Shown here in pieces: positions 30,499 to 43,130 of a stretch of DNA of 64,000 nt. How positions within the stretch are numbered: the stretch's first letter is position 1; each line of letters opens with the position of its first letter. Below the pieces are notes generated by a model that ran no database searches, had not been told where the DNA came from, and saw only the letters and a program-made list of their open reading frames with translations. The stretch spans positions 15,500,001 through 15,564,000 of the forward strand of contig OX597839.1 of assembly GCA_951406725.2 (NCBI GenBank). Reading direction: 5' to 3'. The translations under genes were made by a program, and so were the position numbers. Origin of the DNA: Octopus vulgaris. Lineage: Eukaryota.

Positions 30499-30890
30499 CT
30501 TGTTTTATTTATATTTCTTGAGCGCCATACTAATACAATTGTTCGTTTGTTTTCCACCTGCCTTCGTCTTTTGTTTATTTTCATAAAGCTTCCCGTTATA
30601 TATATATATATATGTGTATATATATATATGTATGTATATATATATATATATGTATGTATATATATATGTATATATGTATATATATATATATGTATATATG
30701 TATGTATATATATATATATGTATGTATATATGTATATATATATGTATGTATGTATATATATGTATGTTTATGTATGTATATATGTATGTATATATATATG
30801 TATGTATATATATATATATGTATATATATATGTATGTATATATATATATATGTATGTATATATATATATATATGTGTGTGTATATATTTG

Positions 30891-30937
<47 letters not shown>

Positions 30938-30938
<1 letters not shown>

Positions 30939-31225
30939 GAGGTGCAATGGCCCAGTGGTTAGGGCAGCGGACTCGCGGTTTCGATTCCCGGACCAGGCGT
31001 TGTGAGTGTTTATTGAGCGAAAACACCTAAAGCTCCACGATGCTCTAGCAGGGGGTGGTGGCGATCCCTGCTGTACTCTTTCGCCGCAATTTTCTCTCAC
31101 TCTTTCTTCTGTTGGCTTGCTCGCTTAGCTAGCGGGGTGGCGTTATTTGAAGGCTAAAACAATGCGAAACGTAATGTGACCAGCGATGTGTAGCAACATC
31201 TGATAGCCTGGTCGGTCACGGTGAT
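30938..31225 (+). mobile_element. tRNA-derived SINE, same head/body as 15072 but a different 3' tail
   Basis: GGAGGTGCAATGGCCCAGTGGTTAGGGCAG..GGTTTCGATTCCC head; (TA)n on both sides. Confidence 0.85.
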
Positions 31226-31447
31226 ATATATATATATGTGTATATATATATATATATATATGTATGTATCTATATATATTTATGTAAATATATGTATGTA
31301 TGTATGTATATATATATATATGTATGTATGTATATATGTATGTATGTATGTATGTATATATGTATAAATATGTATGTATGTATAATTATGTATGTATATA
31401 TATGTATGTATGTATGTATAATTATGTATGTATATATATGTATGTAT

Positions 31448-31495
<48 letters not shown>

Positions 31496-31517
31496 GTATG
31501 TATGTATGTATATGTAT

Positions 31518-32070
31518 GTCAGGTCACTTTCGAGTGCTACTGGTAACATGTAACCCAGTACAACCTGTTGCATGGTCGGGTCGTCGGCGACTAAACTGGC
31601 AACCCCACCAAGCTTGCTTGGTAAGGAGGGTGTTTACTGGACACCCTGTGGGATGAAAAACAAAACCCGTCAAAGGGCGGAGGAACCCTTGAGAGTCAAT
31701 GGCCATCCAATAAATGTTTTCAGGATATATCATGCGTGGGAACATAGAAATAATCGGACTGAATACCCGATTGTGCAGTTAAACCATTGGGAGTGAAGGA
31801 CTCCTAGTCTTTCTTAGGGCATCCTTCTAGGAGAAGGTAACTCAGGTAACTGGGATAACTCCAACATAAAACCCGCGGCTCTGTGGTTACCGATGATGTT
31901 GACTTGTTCTCCTTTTCGGATTATGGCTGCTGTTGCTTAGTGAGTGGGATTGACTCAGTGCACAGCCTTTCCCCACTTTAAAAAATATCTTCTTGCACAG
32001 GCATTGCATGATAACAACGTTGATTAAGCTTCGTGCAATGGCCATACTCGATAACGAGGGGTCAGCCACC
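31518..32070 (+). mobile_element. Non-autonomous RTE-related element (5' UTR-like) in (TA)n, with an HDV-like ribozyme candidate at its 5' end
   Basis: Discrete GC-richer insert. Carries the CTAGGAGAAGGTAACTC motif also seen in the RTE-derived element near 33650 (-). A decayed relative lies at about 60840-61052 (-). Confidence 0.65.
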
Positions 32071-32083
32071 ATATATGTATATG

Positions 32084-32132
<49 letters not shown>

Positions 32133-32891
32133 ATGTATGTATGTATGTATATATATGTATGTATGTATGTATATATATGTATGTATGTATGTATATATAT
32201 GTATGTATGTATGTATGTATATATGTATGTATGTATGTATATATATGTATGTATGTATGTATGTATATATATGTATGTATGTATGTATATATATGTATGT
32301 ATGTATGTATATATATGTATGTATGTATGTATATATATGTATGTATGTATGTATATATATGTATGTATGTATGTATATATATGTATGTATGTATATATAT
32401 GTATGTATGTATGTATATATATGTATGTATGTATGTATATATATGTATGTATGTATGTATATATATGTATGTATGTATATATGTATGTATGTATATGTAT
32501 GTATGTATGTATGTATGTATATATATGTATGTATGTATGTATATATATGTATGTATGTATATATATGTATGTATGTATGTATATATATGTATGTATGTAT
32601 ATGTATGTATGTATGTATATATATGTATGTATGTATATATATGTATGTATGTATGTATATATATGTATGTATGTATATATATGTATGTATGTATATATAT
32701 GTATGTATGTATATATATGTATGTATGTATGTATATATATGTATGTATGTATATATATGTATGTATGTATGTATATGTATGTATGTATGTATGTATATAT
32801 ATGTATGTATGTATATATATGTATGTATGTATATATATGTATGTATGTATATATATGTATGTATGTATGTATATATATGTATGTATGTATG

Positions 32892-32927
<36 letters not shown>

Positions 32928-33019
32928 TGTATGTATATGTATGTATGTATGTATATGTATGTATGTATGTATGTATATATATGTATGTATGTATATCTAT
33001 GTATGTATATATATGTATG

Positions 33020-33053
<34 letters not shown>

Positions 33054-33090
33054 TATATGTATATATATATATATATATATGTATGTATAT
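32071..33090. repeat. (TATG)n/(TA)n microsatellite
   Basis: Directly visible. Confidence 0.98.
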
Positions 33091-33091
33091 G

Positions 33092-33790
33092 TCTCTCTCT
33101 CTCTTCCCCCGTCTGTCTTGATAGACAATGGGTCGCGATAAGGGTGGGGCCTACTTTGATGATGAGCAGCGTCTGCTGTGACTGAACAGTCTAATTCTAG
33201 AGTGGCAGTCCCTGGTACAGTTGCTGCACACGAACATCGATGGGTACATGTGGGGTGTTGCTGCAGTTGTCCTCCCACCGTTAGAGACGGCCCGTAGCGC
33301 CCGAGATTCCGCCAATTCACCCTGGCTTAAAACTCGTAACTGCCATCTCAGCTTGTTCCATCGATGGAGTAGTTTCTCCATGGCGCAAGCCTGGGCGGTA
33401 GGAACGAAGACACTGGGCTGCCCAGACACCAGAATCTCCCTCTCGGCCCCCCAGACATAATCCAAAGGAATGCAGTGCAGTACGTTTGGAGTCTGGTTGG
33501 CTGCAGGAGTTGCCGGAAAAGGGTCGAGATTCGACACCCTACTGCCTTCGGGGCTCCACTCCGGATTTTCTGTCTGGGTTTACTCCCATAGCCTTTCCCT
33601 CTCCCAAGAGCATCCGCAAGGCAGCGGAGCGAGGGTTTGGAGTCAGAGTTTTCCTTCTCCTAGACTGGCTGCCAACCAAGGCTAACAAGCCCAGTCTGCC
33701 CACCTGGTTATACCGCCAAGCACCCGGTTGCGCCACACAGCAGGCTCAGTGAGAACAGGGGGTACCGCATGAAGGTGCTGCTGTGGACAC
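33092..33790 (-). mobile_element. Internally deleted RTE/BovB-like element (5' UTR joined to the ORF C-terminus), (GA)n tail
   Basis: C-terminal [21 protein letters not shown] is typical of BovB-like RTE ORF ends. 3' CCATTGTCTATCAAGACAGACGG. 5' TAGCCTTGG..AGGAGAAGGAAAACTCTG. Confidence 0.7.
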
Positions 33791-34702
33791 AGTAGTGCAG
33801 GAGAGGCCATAAGCAAAATGGAATTTCTAATTTTGGAATTACTGGATAAGAACGTTACCTTTCGGAAAACAAATCAAGTCAAACCTTCCTTTGCAGTTCC
33901 ATTTACCAGTGTAAAGTTTCTTCTGGTACTGGTGTCTTCTGTGTTGGGGCAACTACTTCTAAATTATCCCATAGGATTTCCAATCATTATTCAACTTTCC
34001 GAGATAAGAGAAAACAACAAAGTACAGGACTAAGTAAATTAGTTTGGCGTCTTAAGGACAACAATATAACTTTCAAGCTGGAATGGTCCATATTGTCTGT
34101 ATCCTTTCCTTTTGATAAGGGCAGAAAATATTGTGCCGTCTGTAATTCCGAACTTTTCTATATACTTTTCGCTAAATTCCCTTTAGTAAACACAATGGTA
34201 GAAAAATCCTATAGGTGCATGCACTGGAGGAAGCACACCTTCCACTCATATGAATGATGAATAATATAGATAACCTCCTTGAATTTAATAATGTGGTTCT
34301 ACTTCTACAACAACGCCATAGAATATTTTTTTTATACTCAGTTACATGAAGAGCTACTACCAAACTCGTTAGGGTATGTTTTACCTTTGTCTCTCTACCT
34401 CTCCCCCCTCTCTCTCTCTCCCTCTCTCTATCATAAGCACCATCAAACACACAGACACAAAACTGTCACTTCACCACTAGATGTATTTGACATTTATCCC
34501 CCACACACACACACATACACACACATAGACACGAATGCAGTTATATACATACACACACATAGGCACTCAATCTCATTAGCAAAAGCAAACAACAACGCAT
34601 CACCATACATACGACTTGCACTCTGTCACCCTCCTATTCTTAGAACTTTCCCATTCCAACCATTTTTGAACTCTTGAACTCTTTAGAATCTTCTCCATCC
34701 AA

Positions 34703-34717
34703 CCAATTTTGACGTCA
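34703..34717. promoter_or_regulatory. Possible CCAAT box and adjacent palindromic CRE (TGACGTCA) upstream of CFAP74
   Basis: CCAAT at 34703 and TGACGTCA at 34710 in unique DNA. Motif only, no TSS evidence. Confidence 0.2.
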
Positions 34718-35030
34718 CTGCTTATAACGGAATATTTTAAAGAAACACTCATTATCACTATGGACTCCGTGTGGGCAGTCATCTAAAAGTTTTTGTTCGC
34801 CATGATGCTGACATAAGTTCCTTGTTTTTCCTGATGAGAAGGTGGCATTATGCACCCTTTATTCCTTCGGAATTGAGAATATGCAGTCTTCGAAACATAT
34901 GTTGAGAATAAAGGAATTTTGTTAAATCGTCGTTCGACTCCATTCTTTCATTTATTTATATGTTTGTATATGTATGTATATGTATGTATGTATGTCTGTA
35001 TATGTATGTATGTATATATATATCTATCTA

Positions 35031-35062
<32 letters not shown>

Positions 35063-35065
<3 letters not shown>

Positions 35066-37070
35066 TCATCATCATCGTTTAACATCTGCCTTCCATGCTA
35101 GCATGGTTTGGACAATTTGACTGAGGACTGGCAAACCAGATGGCTGCACCAGGCTCCAAGCTGATCTGGCAGAGTTTCTACAACTCGATGCCCTTCCTAA
35201 CACCAACCACTCCAAGAGTGTAGTGGGTGCTTTTACATGCCACCGGCTCAAGGGCCAATCAGCCAGTACTGGCAATGGTGTTATATACATGCCACCTGCA
35301 CAGGAGCCAGTCCAGCGGCACTGGTAATGACCTCACTCAAATGGTTTTTCACGTTCCACCAGCACAATTGCCAGTAAGGCGACACTGATAACGACCACGC
35401 TCAAATGGTGCTTTTTATGTGCCACCAGCATGGAAGCCAGTCAGCTGCTCTGGCAATGATCACGCTTGGATGGTGCTCTTAGCGCTCCACCAACATGGAT
35501 GCCAGTCATTGAATTTGATTTCGATTTCACTTGCCTCAACAGGTCTTCACAAGCAGAGTTTAGTGTCCAGTGAAGGAAAGGTACGCATAAGTGGGCTGGT
35601 TACACCCCTGGCATAGGCCACGAGGTTATGGTCTCACTTGGCTTGCCCGGTTTTCTCAAGCACAGCATATTTACAAAGGTCTCAGTCACTAGTCATTGCC
35701 TCTGTGAGGCCTAATGTTCGAAGGTCATGTTTCACCACCTCATCCTAGGTCTTCCTTGGTCTACCTCTTCCACAGATTCCCTCAACTGCTAGGGTGTGGC
35801 ACTTTTTCACAGCTATCCTCATCCATTCTCGCCACATCACCATACCAGCGCAGTCGTCTCTCTTGCACACCACATCTAATGCTTCTTAGGTCCAACTTTT
35901 CTCTCAAGGTACTTACACTGTCGAGTATGCACACTGACATTACACATCCATTGGAGTATACTGGCTTCATTCCTTGTGAGCTTACACATGTCCTTAGCAG
36001 TCACAGCCCATGTTTCACTGCCGTGTAGCATGGCTGTTCGTACACATGTGTCATACAGTCCACCTTTTACTCTGAGCAAGAGGCCCTTTGTCACCAGCAG
36101 AGGTAAAAGCTCTCTGAACTTTGCCCAGGCTATTCTTATTCTAGCAGCTACAGTTTCAGGCCCATACCACCACCCCGTCCTACTACTGACTTGGTCACCT
36201 AGGTAATGGAAGCTATCAACTACTTCTAGTTTTTCTCCCTGGAATGTGGCGGAAGTTGTTCTCTGCACATTTTCAGTATTTATTGCTCCTGAGCATCTGC
36301 CACATACAAAAACTGTCTTCCCAGTTAGCCTTCCTTTGATATTGCTGCACCTCTTATGTGTCCATAGCTTACACTGGGTACATCTTATTGAGTTTCGACC
36401 TACACCTTCTCTACAGATCGAGCAGGGCCATCTACCTGAAGGGATTTGTGGTTTGCCTGCCTTTCTACTTATTAGAACTTTAGTTTTAGCTAGGTTGACT
36501 CTAAGGCCCTTCGATTCTAATCCTTGTTTCCACACCTGAAACTTCTCCTCTAGTTCTGATAATGACTCAGCAATTAAAGCTAGGTCGTCAGCATAGAGGA
36601 ACTTCCAGGAGCATCCTGTCTTGAATTCCTCTGTTATTGCCTGGAGGACTATGATAAATAGGAGGGGGCTGAGGACTGAATTTTGGTGTACCCCTACCTC
36701 TGCCTGAAATTGGGTATGACTCCTTCATGTATCACCTGGTTAACTATACAGGTGACTAGGCTATAGCTGACACTACCAGATATTTTGAGCATCTCTGCAG
36801 TGATTCCTGATGGGAGGGGGGGCTTTCCCTGTCTTCATACTCTTAATTGCTTTATCTACCAAGGTACTGTCAACTCGGATAGCTGGTCCCTCTGTTGGGT
36901 CGACATTCAGCAGACTCTCCTTCTCCCAATTTTCTTTATTGAGCAACCTTTCATAGTGGCGTCTCCAAACCTCTCTCTTTGCAGCCTCGTTTAGTGCAAG
37001 TGAACTATCATCCACGTGGACACATTTCTCTCCTACATCACAATTCTCTCTCACACACTGTCTTGCAACA
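35063..37070 (-). mobile_element. Older RTE LINE copy with a large internal deletion in RT
   Basis: ORFs 35876..36535 and 36773..37171 are homologous to the RTE ORF. (CAT)n tail at 35063. Confidence 0.9.
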
Positions 37071-37105
37071 GTGGATATATATATATATCCATGCTGGCAT
37101 GAGTT

Positions 37106-37141
<36 letters not shown>

Positions 37142-37529
37142 TATATTAGAGATAAAACCACTATTAGGCAAATCAAACAGTGAAAAACATAAACCAATAC
37201 ATAAAAATAAATATAATTAATATAATATACAAAATATATAAAATATAAAATTTAAATTATTTAAATTAAAAATTTTTAATTTATATTTATAAATTTTTAT
37301 ATTTTTTTTAATATATACATACATACATATATCCATGCTGGCATGAGTTGGACAATTTAACAGTGGCTGGCATGTCATAAGACTGCACCAAGCTCTAGTT
37401 TCTGCTTTGGTATGGTTTCTATGGTTGGACTCCTTTCCTTACAGCAACCACTTTACATCTTGAACATTCAGGGTCAACTAGTTATAGAAACAAATGGAAT
37501 AGAAGAGGAGAGGAAGAAGAACACACACA

Positions 37530-37569
<40 letters not shown>

Positions 37570-37929
37570 TGCATGCATATATATATTTATATATATATTT
37601 GTGTGTAACTAACTCCTCCAATATTTTTTTCAGTACCCTATTTCCTTCCTTCACTTCCCCTCTGCTGGACTGATATTCTTTGTGTCCAAATCGTTCCCTA
37701 TCTCTAATCATCTGTTACACTATTGTCACTCCAGCACACTTACCTTCCCATCCAAGTTTTCTGTTCTTCTGTCTTTTATATTCACCTTGTACTCTAACCT
37801 CACATCTCTCTCCGAATGGGCAAACCATGTATTCATTTCTTCGGCAAGATGCTTGCTCTTCCCTCTGTCTTTTCTTATCCTTCAGTATCTGACTCTGTTG
37901 AGGTATCTTATCTTGTGAGTTACTTGATG

Positions 37930-38133
37930 ACTTTACCACCACTGGTGCCACCAAAAATAAAAAAAAATACTCAGTACACTCTGTGAAATGGTTTGCATTT
38001 GAAAGGCATCCAGCTGTAGAAACCATGCCAAAGCAGACATTGGAGCTCAATGCAGCCCTCTGGTTTGTCTGTTCATGTTGAACCATCCAACCCATGCAAG
38101 TATGGCATGGGTTAAATGATTATGATGATGATG
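37930..38133 (+). mobile_element. Degraded RTE 3' end
   Basis: GGCATCCAGCTGTAGAAACC motif and (GAT)n tail. Confidence 0.7.
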
Positions 38134-38812
38134 AAGGAGGAGGATTAAGGATATTTTATTGCTATTTCTTGTAGTTTGAATGACTCCATTTTACCAATGT
38201 ATGTCTGTATATGTGTATATAATTTGTGAATGTTTACACATGTGTAGATGAGATTTTCATATTCCTATCCCCAATGTGTATATGCTTCTTATAAATAATT
38301 TATAAATAAGAGTCTATACAGTCACTATACAGTGAAGTAGTGTACACAAATGAATGTATTGAGGATACAGCAAGGGGTGACTGATAGATGTTGAACATAT
38401 GCAATGTATTTGCATGTATATATAACTTGTGAGTGTTCATATTTAGTTTTCATATTACAATTAACAAGTAGTTATATTTTTTGCTCAAGTTAACCCTTTC
38501 TAATATGCTACACTACTTGTTTTACTGGATTTTGAAAATCATAATAAATCAAGAGGGTCTTAACAATTAGCTTTCTTTATTATTAATCAATGTCTGAGAC
38601 ATAACTTAACAAAAATTTCTTACACAAGATCATTATGGAATGATTTAATTTAAATAGTAGCAATTAAAAATAGACAGTTTTCATTCATAGAACTAGGGAC
38701 AGTTTCAAGCAGTTTGGTATCATAAGAGTTTAAACTAAGTCACTTTTTCTTTGATGTTTATTAATGTTTTGATATAATTTTTTGTTGAAAACAGTAAGAC
38801 AGGAAATACATT

Positions 38813-39114
38813 ATGGACAAAGTGGATAACTTGGATGAAGAATGGAATGAAAAGAATGAGGTACCAGAAGAAGAACCTCTGCAACAAATTGAAGTTTTGG
38901 TGCCTGATGTTCCAAATGAAGTAGCACACACAGATACTCTCAATGAAGGAGAATACACAGATGTTCCTAATGAAGTGGAGTACACAAAAGAAGGTATTGA
39001 GCATGCATCAAGGGACCCACAAGATGTGAAAGAAAAGGCATTTCTTGATGTTGGACAGTGGGGCCCTGAGTCTGATGATGAAACTTTATCTCTGTCTTCC
39101 GGTGCTAGCCACAT
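38813..39114 (+). CDS. CFAP74: CFAP74-like, first coding exon (acidic N-terminus)
   Basis: Acceptor AACAG at 38794, ATG at 38813, donor AT|GTAAGT (phase 2). Splices in frame to the next exon. Confidence 0.75.
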
Positions 39115-39200
39115 GTAAGTTCATGAATAATTCTTCTGTTACAAAGCTTTTCTGTTAAAAAAGGAGTTCATCTCTCTATCACTCTCTCTCTCTCTTTCTC

Positions 39201-39256
<56 letters not shown>

Positions 39257-40064
39257 CTCCATTTTAAGCCTGACCTTCACAAGTGATTTAATTTACTAAA
39301 AAGAAGAAAATCAATAAAATATATGAAAACTTAGTATAGACATAGCTATAGCCATGTGATAAAGAAGTTAAGAGGTTCACTTCACACCTACATTCTTCCA
39401 TGGTTTTATTGATTATCACGTTGGGCCAAGTGTCTTCTCCCTTAGCCTTGGGTTATAAATTTTGGTAGAAAGAAACTGTAGAAAGTACCAGTCAGTGAAA
39501 GCATGTACCATGCTTTCACTAATTGTTTTAGGTGCCTATATAGTCATGAGCAAAGACACCCACTCAGTTCTCCTACTCTTAATCTGGCAGAACTTCCAGA
39601 AGATGGCAGCTGTAAGAGAGAAGACTCTACAAATTTCAGCTGAGTAAACTGGAGCAATGTGAAATTAACTACCTTTCTCAAGAACACAACTTGTCACTTA
39701 GTCACAGAACCTAACCCACTCCCTTAAGATTGTAATTTTAACACCCTAACCACTAACCCACACTCTTTCACCATCATGTGTGTGTGTATGTAAATGTGTA
39801 TTTGTATGTACCAGAATAAAATGGTGCATTGCATTTCATCCATTTACACCAAATGTAACTTAGCTATTTAATAAATAAAAGCCAATATAATAAGTAGCAG
39901 ACTGAAATAAGTAATGAGATTCATAATTGACTAAAAACTTTGAAGATTTTTACCTGATCATATGTACCCTGCCATAGCTACATTGCAACAACTGAAACCA
40001 GTAAAAGAATAAGAGGTTAACTTTAATTATTGGATTTTTAATAAGTGCTTTATTTGTTTTATAG

Positions 40065-40202
40065 AAGTATTGAAGAGGATAATGAAAAGGACAAAAGTCC
40101 AGAATTCCAGCTGAATCTTCACAATTATCTTGAACTACAACGCTATCTCCGCCTTCTAGACAATAACTTAGAGAGATCTCAGATCAACCTTGATCAGTTA
40201 TG
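40065..40202 (+). CDS. CFAP74: CFAP74-like coding exon 2 (138 nt)
   Basis: TTTTATAG|..TG|GTAAAT. Encodes ..LELQRYLRLLDNNLERSQINLDQL, resembling human CFAP74 LRQNLSALDKMHEEQE as I recall it. Confidence 0.82.
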
Positions 40203-41217
40203 GTAAATCCTTTTTTTATCAAATGAATTTTTATCCAGTAATTTTGGTACCAGTAATTTTGCTTTTAACTCTTTTAAAAGCAGCCTGTCTGAGGTTGCTT
40301 CAAGTTCTTTCACATAGATCTATCTACCTACCCTATTGAATATGTTTGTATTCAAACGCCATCAAAATCTTATATAAAAAGTTCAAAGCACTTGTTTAAT
40401 AACGACAAAGTTAATTATTTTACTAGATTTCTTTAAATTTGTAATTATTTTTTAAATTAAGAAGATGAGGAAAATAAATTTTGTTTTAGAAAACTTCAAA
40501 TAAAAGATTAAAAGTGAGAAAGAAGAATGCCATGTGAAAACTTTATAACATGAGAAAAAGCACTTTTGCTGAAAAAAGAAACATGTGTAAATCTATGATT
40601 TGAACAAGTTAAAAATAACTTAAGAAAAAGCAAGATAGCCAAGGAAAAAAAATATATGATGTCTGTTATTTTAGGAAAAAAAATCTAAGATAAAAGTACA
40701 CATGGCTACAGTTAATGTGACAAAAGTTTATCATGACTATCTGACATAGTAAAAATTAATCCTTTGACATAAACCACAAGAGCTGATAGAACAAATTCCT
40801 GAGTTTAGTTTCTATAGCAGTAAGGAGTTAAAAAACAAATCTTCCTCTTTGATAAGATATTAACATCTTACATGTACTGGTACATATTTCCTCAAGATTA
40901 CATGAATTGAGACCGAATGAAAAGAACATATTACAGCAAAGAGCAATGAGGTAAATGACCACTGTGGATTTGATCTCACTGCTGTGTTCACTTGGTTATT
41001 TTAACTCTACATTTAATCTATAAGCTTGTTGGTGAGATTTCTACACAGAAGCTTTCATTCTGGCAAAAAATAAGAACCAGTAATAGATAAGTTAATAATA
41101 ATTCTCTTCAAAAACAAACAAAATCAGTCTTATACTTTAATAAGATATCTTTATTGATACTCTCCTTCCTCTCATCATTATCATCATCATCATTGTAATG
41201 TTTAAACTCATTTTTAG

Positions 41218-41319
41218 GGAGGAGTTTAAGCAATGCCAGGAAAGAATTTTCATTTTAAATGAGGAAGAAGAAGAGGCCCGCCTTGAGTTAGAAAAGGCTG
41301 AGGCTAGCAACGAAAATAT
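41218..41319 (+). CDS. CFAP74: CFAP74-like coding exon 3 (102 nt)
   Basis: TTTTTAG|..AT|GTAAGT. Encodes EEFKQCQERIFILNEEEEEARLELEKAEASNEN. Confidence 0.85.
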
Positions 41320-41409
41320 GTAAGTCCTTTTTTTTTTCCACAAAACCAAGTGTATTCTTTGTTATAGTAAAGTTTGGTATTTTGTCAACATGCTGCACAG
41401 TAAGGTTAT

Positions 41410-41990
41410 ATAGGCATAAACATGGTCATATGGTTTATGAAGTTCACCTCACAACCATGGGGTTCCAAGTTTGATCTCCTGCTTGTGCTGTACTTTGACC
41501 AAATGTCTTTCAATGTAGCCTCTGGGAGATGGAAACTGCAAAAATTTGTAGAATCATCATCATCATCATACATCCATTTTCCATGCGAGCACAGGTTGGA
41601 CGGTTTGACCGGGGTCTTGTTAGCCATGGAGGCTGCACCAGGCTCCAGTCTGATTTAGCAGTGTTTCTACAGCTGGATGCCCTTCCTAAAGCCAACCACT
41701 CCGTGAGTGTAGTGGATGTTTTTTACGTGCCACTGGTACAGGGGCCAGAGCAGGCTGGCAAACGCCCACGATCAGTCGGTGCTTTTACATATCACCGACA
41801 CGGACGCCAGTCAGGCGGCGCTAGTATCTGCCACATTCAGATGGTGCTTTTTACATGTCACCGGCACGGGTGTCTTAACTACAATTTCCATTTGAATTTT
41901 TATTTTAACGTTGACGTTCTCGACTCAACAGGTCTCCTCAAGAACAGCGGGTCAATCTACGATCCAAGGTTAGCACAGCAGGCCGTCATG
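41410..41990. mobile_element. Degraded SINE head (+, about 41410-41550) followed by an RTE 3' UTR (-, about 41553-41990)
   Basis: Similarity to the SINE at 21599-22000 and to the RTE 3' UTR. Confidence 0.75.
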
Positions 41991-42299
41991 CGAGCCATGA
42001 ACTCACTTAGAATATATATAGATATGAATATTCTATTGAAACTTTCTACCTAGGGGATCCACCCATTTCCCATATTTTGGATGTCTGATTCCTGTCAGAT
42101 TGCATCATTGTGGTGTCTGTTGACAAAACTCTTTCTTTTACTCTATCATCATCATTGTTGTGCAGTTAAGAAGTTTGCTGTGCAACTGTATAGTTCCAAT
42201 TTCAGACCAACTGCGCAACATCTTGGTCATGATGTATTTTTTAGCATGGCCCTGAGTTGACTAATATCTTATGAGTGAAATTTCATAGACAAAAGCTTG

Positions 42300-43130
42300 C
42301 CGTCATATTCAACAATGCCTACTATGAGACAGGTGATACAACCCTTCATTCTACCTAAACCTTCCTCAAACCATGCATCATCCAGACACAGCTTAAGAAC
42401 CACATACCAAACCTGCACAAATAAATTCCATGAAAGGAAACCTTAAAAACATCTTCTAAAAGGACCATGTCAAATTTTTATATTTTAACACCAAAACACA
42501 ACATACACAATCACTACTCATATCAAGAAAACATCATTGCATCACACCCCACTTAAACATGAGCGGCACTCAGTCAGAGCCCTCACAGTTGCTCCAGACA
42601 TTAGGCCTCACTATCGCCAAAAGTCTCTCATGGATAAAGTACATTCTAAATATATCTAAGACCACATGTCATTCTCTACAGTTCCACAAATTTCATCAGA
42701 CCCCAACAGTTGTTGGTTTTCTACAAAGCTCAAGTGAAGCCCACAATGGAATATTTCTTCCATTTCTGGGATGCTACTTCAGCTACAGAAACAGACTTCC
42801 TTGCTTGTTTCCAGAGACAAGCTACTTGACTGATTGGTGTAAAATCACTCGTTAACATGCCCTAATTTGGGGCCTACATGCATGCTATTTATTCTCCCAA
42901 CCTTTTCTACTACTATAATAATGGCTTCTAATCTTTGAAGCTGGCTGATCTTGAGCCACCTCCACTCATGCACTTCTAGCCACTTGTCTCTTCTCTTCTC
43001 ATCTCCCCTGGTGTCTTGGGACCATGTCCTGCTCTGCACACTATATCCGGTCCTCTCTTCATAATAGTTGCCCTCTGAAATCTCCATCCTATTTATCTCT
43101 TTCCTGCAGTTGTCAACATACAAAAGTTTA
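42300..43130 (+). mobile_element. Highly degraded LINE RT C-terminal remnant
   Basis: Fragmentary LGLTI..SLSW..I and YKAQVKPTMEY motifs across broken frames. Confidence 0.5.

Larger units (their letters stand above)
28557..30598 (+). mobile_element. Penelope-like retroelement, 5'-truncated
   Basis: RT C-terminal half ([42 protein letters not shown]) followed by GIY-YIG ([30 protein letters not shown]). Pyrimidine-rich 3' region with a hammerhead-like motif. Confidence 0.92.

Noticed and set aside
33900-34000. Possible minus-strand exon (WDNLEVVAPTQKTPVPEETLH followed by GTAAAT)
   Set aside because: In-frame stop just upstream, no in-frame ATG, and no downstream partner exon found
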